41,849 bases of DNA from a virus. Its lineage: Duplodnaviria; Heunggongvirae; Uroviricota; Caudoviricetes. Below, in pieces: positions 1-7,810 of the stretch. The notes beneath the pieces are model-generated. The model searched no databases. It was not told the origin of the DNA and saw only the letters and a program-made list of their open reading frames with translations. The stretch is taken from the IMG/VR virus record IMGVR_UViG_3300027796_000011, positions 1-41,849 of that record. One strand, written 5' to 3'. The position numbers were made by a program, and so were the translations under genes. How positions within the stretch are numbered: position 1 is the stretch's first letter; each line of letters begins with the position of its first letter.

Positions 1-15
1 ATCTTCTGCTTTCAC
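1..15 (-). CDS. 5' end of a gene running off the left edge (GTG AAA GCA GAA GAT...)
   Basis: GGAGGG RBS 5 nt before GTG at 15, downstream of a consensus sigma70 promoter at 113-85. Confidence 0.4.
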
Positions 16-57
16 TGTTTCCCTCCCGATTTTTTAGTAGTTCCCTACCCCATTTTT

Positions 58-71
58 TGAAATCAACTTCA
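58..71. promoter_or_regulatory. Palindromic operator-like site TGAAATCAACTTCA
   Basis: Perfect match to recurrent TGMARTYRAYTKCA; just downstream of promoter 113-85. Confidence 0.7.
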
Positions 72-84
72 CTCTTCGGGAGAC

Positions 85-113
85 AACTTAATCACTTTCT
101 CTAGGTTTGTCAA
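85..113 (-). promoter_or_regulatory. sigma70 promoter
   Basis: TTGACA (113-108), 17 nt, TAAGTT (90-85). Confidence 0.7.
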
Positions 114-135
114 GTCATTTTTTCAAAGTTTTTTG

Positions 136-161
136 TGGCGGGAAGGCAGTCCCTCCCGCCA
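136..161. terminator. GC-rich hairpin after gene 176-685, possible terminator
   Basis: TGGCGGGA/TCCCGCCA 8-bp stem; no clear U tract on the - strand. Confidence 0.3.
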
Positions 162-175
162 AACTGCAAGAATAC

Positions 176-685
176 CTATTCAGGGATGGTGTAGAGGCTA
201 TAGTGACTCAAATCCAGTTTAGGATGCCCTGCTTTTTCATGCAATCCAGCAATCACCTTGAAACCAGAGTACTCAAAAAACACTTCCCCTTCAGGCATAC
301 CATCATAAATAAATGCGCCACTAGGCACATCCAAAGCGGCTACAATGGCCTCCTCAAACTCCTTCCGCCGCTTCGCACTACAAGACAGGTGCGCCGACAC
401 CTTCAAGCATACGGCGGGTAGGAACTCCACCAAAGAACCGTTAAGGCCACCAATAATAGCAGGGATAGCCTTTCCGGCAAACGTAGACTTAACTCGGATA
501 GCGTCAACAGCAACACCCGTCACTGCCATTTTCTCAAACATCTTCGGAGAAAAAGCGATAGGTGCGTCAGGAACCTCGGCAACAAAACTTGCAGTGAACC
601 AATGCGCCGGGGAGTCTTCCCGCAACGCAGCACGTTCTTCAATAACATCCAAGTCCTCCACAAACAAATAGACAATACTTTTCAT
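176..685 (-). CDS. Hypothetical protein (169 aa)
   Basis: ORF with GGAG RBS, downstream of promoter 799-771; no recognisable motif. Confidence 0.75.
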   Translation of the reverse strand: MKSIVYLFVEDLDVIEERAALREDSPAHWFTASFVAEVPDAPIAFSPKMFEKMAVTGVAVDAIRVKSTFAGKAIPAIIGGLNGSLVEFLPAVCLKVSAHLSCSAKRRKEFEEAIVAALDVPSGAFIYDGMPEGEVFFEYSGFKVIAGLHEKAGHPKLDLSHYSLYTIPE

Positions 686-714
686 CTCCCACTCCTACGG
701 TTATAGGGTTATTT

Positions 715-728
715 TGAAGTTGATTGCA
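715..728. promoter_or_regulatory. Palindromic operator-like site TGAAGTTGATTGCA
   Basis: Perfect match to TGMARTYRAYTKCA, between promoter 799-771 and start codon 685. Confidence 0.7.
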
Positions 729-770
729 GAAATTGCTGGCGGGTGGGTAGGCACTCAAAAACCATCAAAT

Positions 771-799
771 ATGCTAAGACCAAAAGCAACAAGTGTCAA
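771..799 (-). promoter_or_regulatory. sigma70 promoter (leftward of a divergent pair)
   Basis: TTGACA (799-794), 17 nt, TAGCAT (776-771). Confidence 0.7.
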
Positions 800-846
800 G
801 AGGGAATCCAAAGAAAAAGAAAATATCTTGGTATCCGCAGAAAACC

Positions 847-875
847 TTGACTTCCCGAAGCGGGGTGGCTACCTT
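847..875 (+). promoter_or_regulatory. sigma70 promoter for RHH gene
   Basis: TTGACT (847-852), 17 nt, TACCTT (870-875). Confidence 0.6.
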
Positions 876-911
876 CTACCCAACAATTAAACACATACAG
901 GAGAAATCGGG

Positions 912-1133
912 ATGGCAACACAGAAGAAGAAAAAAGCAGATATATACACGAAAGAGATCATGCTGTCCTATACCCCAGAGACACATGCCAAAATCAAGTT
1001 CATAGCCAAACAGAACAAACTCACCCTGTCTGAACAACTCAGGCGCTTCATCACCAACCTGATCGAAATTTATGAACGAAAATACGGTGTTATAGATACC
1101 GAAGAGAAAAAGGAAGAAAAACCAGATAGTTAG
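912..1133 (+). CDS. Ribbon-helix-helix (Arc/CopG-like) DNA-binding protein
   Basis: 73 aa; beta strand EIMLSY then helix PETHAKIKFIAKQ, turn NKLT, helix LSEQLRRFI; AGGAG RBS. Confidence 0.7.
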   Translation: MATQKKKKADIYTKEIMLSYTPETHAKIKFIAKQNKLTLSEQLRRFITNLIEIYERKYGVIDTEEKKEEKPDS

Positions 1134-1154
1134 CTAGTCACCTCTAAAACGCAT

Positions 1155-1236
1155 CAGAATGCCCTGTGAGACGTTCTAGTATTGAAAATGACCTACCATG
1201 TGGTTTAGTAGCTAGAACGTCTCCTGGGGCATCCTG
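1155..1236. repeat. 25-bp imperfect inverted repeat with 32-nt spacer
   Basis: CAGAATGCCCTGTGAGACGTTCTAG (1155-1179) versus reverse complement of 1212-1236, 21/25 identical, inner 12 bp perfect. Confidence 0.8.
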
Positions 1237-1464
1237 GTAAGAATCAGAGGCATGTATACCCAACACTGAGAGCGTACAAACAACTGCCAGGAGAACCCCT
1301 GTGTTAGAGAAACTATTCCATACCAAATTACTAGGAAATGTGTTAATACGTTCTGTTGCCTTTCTCAAGTGCCTTCGTTGGAATCCGTGGCTGTTCTCTT
1401 GGCTGTTCTCGACGACAGTCGGCCAACTGGGGAATTTTCCCGAAGGGAAAATTTTCCAGCTCTT

Positions 1465-1511
1465 CTCACCGAAGGCTTTCAGCGAAAGCCGCAGGTGAGC
1501 TTTCTTTATTC
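1465..1511 (+). terminator. Extended stem-loop followed by U-rich tract
   Basis: CTCACC/GGTGAG outer stem, GGCTTTC/GAAAGCC inner stem, then CTTTCTTTATT. Confidence 0.55.
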
Positions 1512-1705
1512 CTATTAGCTTCTCAGAGAAGATTCCAGATATCTTAAGGAACGGGTTTTCTCCTTGAAGTTTGAAACCACCCTCCCACTTTTTTACCAGG
1601 GTTTCAACCCTGCGGCAAAAAATTTCTCCTACCCCTCCAACCCCCATTTTGGGTCTGTTTCGAGGTCGTTTTTGATGCTTTTTTCAAGTATTTTTGATGT
1701 GCCTC

Positions 1706-1734
1706 TTGACAATCTCTTGGTTTGTGATTATCAT
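1706..1734 (+). promoter_or_regulatory. sigma70 promoter of replication operon
   Basis: TTGACA (1706-1711), 17 nt, TATCAT (1729-1734). Confidence 0.75.
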
Positions 1735-1771
1735 ATACGCTTACGAAAAACGTAGAAGGAGGGTTTTGAAG

Positions 1772-2956
1772 ATGGGTACGTTTACTCGACCTTGGGACAT
1801 CGTTGCGGGGAGCCTCCCCGCTATTTTTGAAGTTGACTGCACAAAAGAACGTCCGGTGTTCTATCTTATGGATGATCTGTTGATGGGCATGGGCATGTTG
1901 AACACCTCTGTTTTTTATGGCGTTGAGGAGTTCAAGACTGACGGCCAAAGGTTGGCTGGGTTGGAAGTCCTTCGTCGTGTTGCCTCCCGCACCATTTCGT
2001 TCGGGAAGGCATTTGAGGTTTTGCCTCTACAGCAGATCGTTGATCCTGGTCAGTCCCGTGGGTACTTCTGCCCACTTACGTTGGAACTTGTAACCACCAC
2101 GGTAGCGAGACTCATGCGGGCCGGTCTTCTCTTGAGGTTCGGGACGGCAACCATGGGAACCGCCCCATCATATTCGCTGAACTTTCAAAAGGTGTTTGCG
2201 TCTCTGTCTGAACGTGTACCGTTGCTCGGGAAGCAGTTTAAGCAGACGGACAAGATCAAAGATGCTTTGAAGGCCGTAATCAGTCATCGACATTTCGGTG
2301 TGGCGTGTGTGTTCGCGTCTCGTTTAGGAACGGGGGTGGACATACCAAAAAGTGATATTATGGAAATTTTAGCGGGAGTAACAAAGGACATGCCTAATTT
2401 CAAAGAGATGATGGCAGCAACGACAGCGAAGGCGAAGAAGGCGGAAGCGGCCCGCCTGGAAAAGTTGCAGGAGGCTCCGATCCTGCGGTGGAAGACCACG
2501 GTGAAGAAAGACATGGATGTTGAGAATCGTGTCTTTATCTATCCTGATGCGGTGATTGCTCATTGGGATAATGTCGTGCAGAAGCATGACAAATTCAAGG
2601 ATGCCTCCCCGACTGTGATGACGAAGGGAGACAAGGCGAGTCTGAAGTCCAAGGTTATGTCCTTGGTGAAGAAGGGCATGACAGAGGATGACATCCGTGA
2701 GCATTTCCGTCTGATCGTTTTGGGGTGGTCTTACATCCGGGCACAGTCGGTCAAGACCGTAGGTGTTCGGGCTGATGGCACTACCTATTCGATGTACCTA
2801 CCCGTCCATCCCACCCTGCGACTGTTCACTTATATGTGGGATGACCTCAACCCGCAGTTGCTTAAATCCGCCAAGCGGTTCCAGCGTCCTGCTGAACTCC
2901 CCACGGATACGAAGCCGAAGCAGACTGCAACAGAGGAAGAAGTTTTCCATGTCTAA
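1772..2956 (+). CDS. Putative phage replication initiator / replisome organiser (394 aa)
   Basis: Start moved to ATG 1772 (AAGGAGG RBS, downstream of promoter); wHTH-like segment LELVTTTVARLMRAGLL; first gene before DnaC-like, DnaB-like and primase genes. Function inferred from position. Confidence 0.55.
   Translation: MGTFTRPWDIVAGSLPAIFEVDCTKERPVFYLMDDLLMGMGMLNTSVFYGVEEFKTDGQRLAGLEVLRRVASRTISFGKAFEVLPLQQIVDPGQSRGYFCPLTLELVTTTVARLMRAGLLLRFGTATMGTAPSYSLNFQKVFASLSERVPLLGKQFKQTDKIKDALKAVISHRHFGVACVFASRLGTGVDIPKSDIMEILAGVTKDMPNFKEMMAATTAKAKKAEAARLEKLQEAPILRWKTTVKKDMDVENRVFIYPDAVIAHWDNVVQKHDKFKDASPTVMTKGDKASLKSKVMSLVKKGMTEDDIREHFRLIVLGWSYIRAQSVKTVGVRADGTTYSMYLPVHPTLRLFTYMWDDLNPQLLKSAKRFQRPAELPTDTKPKQTATEEEVFHV
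1805..1828 (+). terminator. Intragenic terminator-like hairpin
   Basis: GCGGGGAG-C-CTCCCCGC perfect inverted repeat followed by TATTTTT. Confidence 0.45.
1828..1841. promoter_or_regulatory. Palindromic operator-like site TGAAGTTGACTGCA (intragenic)
   Basis: Perfect match to TGMARTYRAYTKCA, 56 nt into the putative initiator gene. Confidence 0.65.
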
Positions 2957-3830
2957 TACTGGCAGCGGTGATAAAAAGATTATTGACCGGGTGTTGCGGT
3001 TTCCTTGGGAACTCATAGATTCAACGCATGTGTGGGGTGGGACGGATGATAAAGAGGTTATCACAAAGATGCTGGCGGTGTCTGGGGTTTCTGATGCTTG
3101 TCTTGAACCACTCGTTAAGAACACAGCGAGGTTCGCTCAGATAGCCATTCCGAATATCTTGATGTTGAACAACAGTAGGAATCCTATCCTGGCATACAGG
3201 AACTTCTGGCGTAACCTCCCGCTTAGTCGGGAGATCGACAGACCTACGGATGTTTTGGGGCCGGAACTCACACAGGATGAACAGTACACAGTGATGCGTG
3301 CGTACAAGTTTGATGCACCGTACCGCACTGTGTTTCATTTTGCGAAGGACAAGGAGTCTGTTGATAGCCTTGCCAGTTACATTGTCGGGACGGCTATGCT
3401 GACTTCCTATGTCTGCTGCTTGTCTACGACTGTGGGCAACGCTTTTGATGTGAGCCGTGATAACTCCTTTTCACAGCAACCCCTAGAAGAGTTTGAAGCC
3501 TTGAGGCGTACCCCCATGTTGGTGCTGACTGATCTTGTAGACGGCACTAAGATATCCGGTGATAGATTTGAAAAGGGATATGGCACCTTGAGTTCCTTGT
3601 TATATGACCGCTATCATAACGGACGTACCACTGTGTTCATTGATGATGTGGCATGGCCTTTAATTGCTGATCCTGATGAGGGGGCACCCCGCTTTGACAT
3701 GCAAGGTATCAAGGCAATCACAGATGAATGGCCTGCTATTTTGAAGAAGTATCTCATGGACACACGAACCCGCATCCATTGCGATTTGGACAAGAAGTCG
3801 AACAAGGGGGTTTGGCATGTCAGTCGGTAG
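2949..3830 (+). CDS. DnaC/IstB-like helicase loader, degenerate ATPase (293 aa)
   Basis: Start ATG 2949 overlaps upstream stop; EALRRTPMLVLTDL (Walker B-like) and LSSLLYDRYHNGRTTVF match the DnaC C-terminal signature; no Walker A seen. Confidence 0.6.
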   Translation: MSNTGSGDKKIIDRVLRFPWELIDSTHVWGGTDDKEVITKMLAVSGVSDACLEPLVKNTARFAQIAIPNILMLNNSRNPILAYRNFWRNLPLSREIDRPTDVLGPELTQDEQYTVMRAYKFDAPYRTVFHFAKDKESVDSLASYIVGTAMLTSYVCCLSTTVGNAFDVSRDNSFSQQPLEEFEALRRTPMLVLTDLVDGTKISGDRFEKGYGTLSSLLYDRYHNGRTTVFIDDVAWPLIADPDEGAPRFDMQGIKAITDEWPAILKKYLMDTRTRIHCDLDKKSNKGVWHVSR

Positions 3831-5385
3831 ATACTTCCTTCAATCTTTATTGCAGGGATCAGATTCCAAAGCAAAGAAAGCACGGTTTCTTCAGTCCAAA
3901 CTCGATGGGGTGGATGAGAACGCTTTTGAACGTGTTGAAGAGCGTGACGCATTTACATACTTGAATGAGTTCTTTGAACAGTATGGTGTCCTCCCTTCTA
4001 TCAATGTTGCACAAGCGGATACTGGTATTATTTTCACCGCAGCGGAACTTGAAGAGCCTTTTGAGTTCTGGTGTACTGCTTTGAAGGAATATCGTAAGGA
4101 AACGCTGATTGGTGATTTGGTTGCGGAGGCATCCCGCCTGCATATTGAGGGTAAAGTTGATATCCGCAACAAAAAGATAGAAGAGGCTTTGGAAGTTCTG
4201 CGTAATTTCGGGGAGGGCAAGAAGCACATCAAGAAATTGAGTGAACTTGTCCCAGAGATTATGGAGAGACACAACGCCATTCGCAGTAACGAGCGTGTGA
4301 CTGGTGTTCGTTTTGGGCTTCCATATCTGGATGGTTTGACCGGAGGTGGGCAGGCATCTGACCTATGGGTCATTGCCGGTAACACAGGATCAGGTAAGAC
4401 CTTCTTGCAGTGTCGCATGGCCCTTGGTGCTGTGATGGGTAGGAAGCCTGAACATTTTTTTGTGGGGATGGAGAACCTTCCCGAAATCTTTGAGCGTCGG
4501 CAGATTGGTCGGTTGCGGGAAGGTGAAGAACTGGAGACTTGGGAACCAGCTACAGCACTTTTCATTTCAATGGAGATGTCGAATCTTCAGATCGCTTCCA
4601 GGGCATTGTCCCTCGGGACTCTGACCAGTGGGACGCAGTTACGTCGTGGTGAGATGACCATGTTTTCTGAGCAATTCATTCAGGAGTTCAGTTCTCGTTG
4701 GAAGGCGTGCGGGGTGGACGAACGCCTGATTCTCATCGAAGGTAATATCAACATGACGGTGAACGATGTCTTATACTATATCCGTCAGTACCGGCCAGCT
4801 ATCGTGTTTGTTGATGGTGCTTACCTCCTCAAGATGAAGGGCGGGCATGGTGATAAGCAGTGGGAGAGGATTTCAGAAATCTTGGAATTGTTGAAACGTA
4901 TAGCGATGGCGGAACAGATTCCTATTATTTGCACCTTCCAGTTTAACCAGAAGGCCAAAGACCAGCAGGTTCACGACATCATGGGTGGTCAGGCCATTGG
5001 TCAGATAGCCTCTGTCATCATTAAAATATCTGACGACACTGAGGACATGACCGGGAAGGCGTTTACAGTAGCCGATATGGATGCCAAAGTCGCTACCCTG
5101 CTTAAAGGGCGTTCAGGTGAAAGAGGCCAGATCAAGTTGTTGTACAACATGACATCCACGCAAATCACAGAGACATCTGTCAGTGGTACGTCTGTTGACT
5201 TCGAGATGCAGACGCGGGGGGCAGACCCTATGCAGGCATTTGTATCCAGTAATCGTCCAGACGATGCCGATGACTTCATCATTGACATTCCAGAAGTTAG
5301 GAGTACCGATGATTCCAATACGGGTAGCCCTAATAGTACGTCCTCTTCCGGGGAACGGACACTTTCTAGTTTGTTAAGGCCCTAA
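3817..5385 (+). CDS. dnaB: DnaB-like replicative helicase (SF4)
   Basis: Walker A GNTGSGKT, LFISMEM, Walker B IVFVDGAY, TFQFN, KGRSG motifs. Confidence 0.9.
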   Translation: MSVGRYFLQSLLQGSDSKAKKARFLQSKLDGVDENAFERVEERDAFTYLNEFFEQYGVLPSINVAQADTGIIFTAAELEEPFEFWCTALKEYRKETLIGDLVAEASRLHIEGKVDIRNKKIEEALEVLRNFGEGKKHIKKLSELVPEIMERHNAIRSNERVTGVRFGLPYLDGLTGGGQASDLWVIAGNTGSGKTFLQCRMALGAVMGRKPEHFFVGMENLPEIFERRQIGRLREGEELETWEPATALFISMEMSNLQIASRALSLGTLTSGTQLRRGEMTMFSEQFIQEFSSRWKACGVDERLILIEGNINMTVNDVLYYIRQYRPAIVFVDGAYLLKMKGGHGDKQWERISEILELLKRIAMAEQIPIICTFQFNQKAKDQQVHDIMGGQAIGQIASVIIKISDDTEDMTGKAFTVADMDAKVATLLKGRSGERGQIKLLYNMTSTQITETSVSGTSVDFEMQTRGADPMQAFVSSNRPDDADDFIIDIPEVRSTDDSNTGSPNSTSSSGERTLSSLLRP

Positions 5386-5393
5386 GTTTCTAC

Positions 5394-5422
5394 TTGACAG
5401 TTTTAGAACTTGTTGCTATCTT
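5394..5422 (+). promoter_or_regulatory. sigma70 promoter for primase
   Basis: TTGACA (5394-5399), 17 nt, TATCTT (5417-5422). Confidence 0.7.
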
Positions 5423-5493
5423 AGGTATCCCAAACGTGAGAATGGAGGGAACACACAAATGCTGCAAAAACTTTTCAAAATGGTGGGAGTACC

Positions 5494-6582
5494 GTGGACA
5501 CCAAAGACGTAAAGACTTTCTTGGAACATGCCGGTCTGAAGAACATTCAGATCGACCAGGACCGGGGGTGGGTTCGTGCCAGTTGTCCTTTTGCTCCGTA
5601 CAAGCATCAGAAAGGTACGGACTCCAACCCCTCCTTTGGGGTGAGGGTTCCTGATGAGGAGGTCAAGACTCCGTATTATACCTGTCTGTCTTGTGACTCT
5701 TCTGGGAGCCTCCCCGCCCTGGTGGCATCATTGCAGTTTCTTACTGGCAAGTCTTTGCGGGAAGCCAGTCTGTATATACAAAGTTTTCCAGAGGCATTCC
5801 CGTTCAATGAAGCGAACGGTGAGCATAAGAAAAAGCGTGTCAAGGTTGATAAGTACCTTGATGTGTATGAGCAGGAAAGGCACAACAATGTTCCCATCCC
5901 GCAGAAGACATTGGATAACTACCCATTGATTTGGGAGATAGACTCCGCTGCGGCAGAGGAGGCCAAGGATTACTTGAAGAGTCGAAAGATTTCAGAGCAG
6001 GTTGTTAAGGATTACCAGTTGCGCCTTTACGTTGACTATCTTGGGCGGGTGGGAATCATTACTCCCATCATGGCACAGAGCGGGAAAGACACATTAGACC
6101 TGTGGGTTAGGATGGTAGCCTCTAAGAGGTTCTTCAGGCTCACAGCAGAGATGACAGGATGTGTTGTCAACTATAAGGCCACAGGGAAGTGGTTCGGTCA
6201 GCAGTATTTGGGACAGAGCCAGACGGTCATCCTGGTGGAGGGGGCGTTTGACCTCCTACGCTTGGTGTCCATCGTTCCCAATAGGGATAAGGTGGTGGTG
6301 CTGGCATCTTTCGGGATGCCTTCCAAGGAACAGATTGATGGACTATACGCAACCAACGTGTTCGTGGGTTTCGATGCGGATGATGCCGGGAAGGCTATGG
6401 CAAGTAAGGTTATTCGTAATATAACGGTTCCGTTTCTGGCCGTACTGTATTGGGACTTGGTTGGGGTTAAGGATGCCGGTGATCTTTCGGATTCCAGCCA
6501 GTTCGTCAAGGTGTACAACGGGATGATTCATATCGACAAGAAGACCTTCACTGATGTTGAAAATCTTAAAAAATCTTCTTGA
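5494..6582 (+). CDS. DNA primase (Zn-binding domain plus TOPRIM)
   Basis: SCPFAPYKH...TCLSC zinc site; VILVEGAFD and GFDADDAG TOPRIM motifs; KDAGD. Confidence 0.9.
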   Translation: MDTKDVKTFLEHAGLKNIQIDQDRGWVRASCPFAPYKHQKGTDSNPSFGVRVPDEEVKTPYYTCLSCDSSGSLPALVASLQFLTGKSLREASLYIQSFPEAFPFNEANGEHKKKRVKVDKYLDVYEQERHNNVPIPQKTLDNYPLIWEIDSAAAEEAKDYLKSRKISEQVVKDYQLRLYVDYLGRVGIITPIMAQSGKDTLDLWVRMVASKRFFRLTAEMTGCVVNYKATGKWFGQQYLGQSQTVILVEGAFDLLRLVSIVPNRDKVVVLASFGMPSKEQIDGLYATNVFVGFDADDAGKAMASKVIRNITVPFLAVLYWDLVGVKDAGDLSDSSQFVKVYNGMIHIDKKTFTDVENLKKSS

Positions 6583-6607
6583 CATTTTCTAGGAAAGTGC
6601 TTATTAT
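6579..6607 (+). promoter_or_regulatory. sigma70 promoter (SSB, distal)
   Basis: TTGACA (6579-6584), 17 nt, TATTAT (6602-6607). Confidence 0.7.
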
Positions 6608-6613
6608 TGTTTC

Positions 6614-6631
6614 TGAAGTCAATGTGAAAAA
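6614..6631 (+). promoter_or_regulatory. Variant operator-like site TGAAGTCAATGTGAAAAA
   Basis: 18-bp exact match to copies at 14441-14458 and 39724-39741 (opposite strand); overlaps the expected +1 of promoter 6579-6607. Confidence 0.65.
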
Positions 6632-6666
6632 AGTTTGGGGGAGGAAAGAAAAATGCCATATTTTGC

Positions 6667-6694
6667 TTGACAAAACTAGAAAAAGTCGTATATT
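6667..6694 (+). promoter_or_regulatory. sigma70 promoter (SSB, proximal)
   Basis: TTGACA (6667-6672), 16 nt, TATATT (6689-6694). Confidence 0.6.
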
Positions 6695-6762
6695 AGTACT
6701 GACACCTGGAGTGTCAAACAACCCATGTAAAGCCCCAGAGCGGGCGATAGGAGAAGACAGTT

Positions 6763-7581
6763 ATGTCTGGTATTCTTTATGGTGACGATGGTTGGAAGCG
6801 GGATGCGGAAGAGCGTGAACGTGCAGCCGCACGCAAGATGGGAGGGGATGACTACCAGCCCTTCCGGTTCTTCCAGAAGGTGGGTGACTCCGCTTATCTG
6901 CTGTTTCTGGATGACCCGATTGCCTTTGTCGAGGAGCATGGTCTGTACCAGCCGGGGGCCAGCCCGCCCATTTCGTGGCATACCTGCGGAATGGACTTTT
7001 TCGGGAAGTGCCCTCTCTGTGATGGTGCCAAGCAGTACCCCGACAAGAAGGCCGGGAAGTCTCTCACCCTGTACGGGTCTGTTCTGAACCTGACCGGGTA
7101 TCGAAACAAAAAGGGTGAGGAAGTCAAGATGGCGAAGAACCTGATCCAGTTGAAGGCGAAGGTTCGCGCCAAGGTTCCCGACAAGAAGGCTCTGGCGGGG
7201 GGTTCGATGGCTTGGTCGATTTGGAAGTTTACCCGCTACGACAAGCAGTCGGGGACGGGGGAGGATTTCGACTTCATCAAGAAGGTGTCGCCTGCTGATC
7301 TCCAGGCTGACCCCGAACTGATGCGGTTCCTTCCCCAAGGCATCCCCTTTGAGGATTTCATCCAGCCGTTTGACTACGGGAAGATTCTGGCCCCTCAGAG
7401 TCTTGAAGCTCTGGAGGACGCCGCGAAGCGTTTCTTCGGTGGTGGTGTGACCAGTTACTCTCAGCCTGCTCCTGCCCCGATGGCGGCTCCCTCCCTGGTG
7501 GCCCCTTCTGAGGCCCCTGCCGACCTTGTGTCCCCTCCCCCTGCCGGTATGACCGGCCAGGACATCCGCTCCCTCCTGTAA
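6763..7581 (+). CDS. Single-stranded DNA-binding protein, T4 gp32-like
   Basis: HTC...CPLC zinc motif, aromatic OB-fold-like strands, low-complexity C-tail, position after primase. Confidence 0.65.
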   Translation: MSGILYGDDGWKRDAEERERAAARKMGGDDYQPFRFFQKVGDSAYLLFLDDPIAFVEEHGLYQPGASPPISWHTCGMDFFGKCPLCDGAKQYPDKKAGKSLTLYGSVLNLTGYRNKKGEEVKMAKNLIQLKAKVRAKVPDKKALAGGSMAWSIWKFTRYDKQSGTGEDFDFIKKVSPADLQADPELMRFLPQGIPFEDFIQPFDYGKILAPQSLEALEDAAKRFFGGGVTSYSQPAPAPMAAPSLVAPSEAPADLVSPPPAGMTGQDIRSLL

Positions 7582-7601
7582 ACCTCCAGCCTCCTTGGGA
7601 T

Positions 7602-7626
7602 GGGAACTCACGATGGGTGGGTTCCC
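7602..7626 (+). terminator. Hairpin between SSB and tRNA (terminator or processing signal)
   Basis: GGGAACTCAC-GATGG-GTGGGTTCCC 10-bp stem, T-rich sequence downstream. Confidence 0.45.
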
Positions 7627-7651
7627 TCCTTTGGAGTTTCTTTGTGTGTCT

Positions 7652-7728
7652 GCTGGATTAGCTCAAATGGCTAGAGCCGCTGACTTGTAATCAGCAGGTT
7701 GCGGGTTCGAGTCCCGTGTCCAGCTCCA
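7652..7728 (+). tRNA. tRNA-Thr (anticodon TGT), CCA encoded
   Basis: Full cloverleaf: acceptor GCTGGAT/GTCCAGC, D stem GCTC/GAGC, anticodon arm GCTGA-CTTGTAA-TCAGC, T arm GCGGG-TTCGAGT-CCCGT, 77 nt ending CCA. Confidence 0.97.
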
Positions 7729-7741
7729 CTAAAAATTTCGC

Positions 7742-7770
7742 TTGACAAGTTTAATAACAACAGGTATAGT
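7742..7770 (+). promoter_or_regulatory. sigma70 promoter for SF2 helicase operon
   Basis: TTGACA (7742-7747), 17 nt, TATAGT (7765-7770); palindrome TTAAAG-CATA-CTTTAA (7770-7785) covers +1. Confidence 0.8.
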
Positions 7771-7810
7771 TAAAGCATACTTTAATAGAATTGTAAGAAT
7801 AGGTAAAAAC

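Noticed and set aside
1144-1647. 167-aa ORF on the - strand
   Set aside because: No clear RBS or motif, and it crosses inverted repeats and hairpins; treated as non-coding, though not excluded
4435-4560. Insertion after Walker A in DnaB considered as a mini-intein
   Set aside because: Only about 40 aa, no N-terminal Cys/Ser with C-terminal His-Asn splice motifs
7700-7728. tRNA 3' end resembling a tmRNA end or an att core
   Set aside because: Forms a complete cloverleaf, and no second copy was found near the integrase
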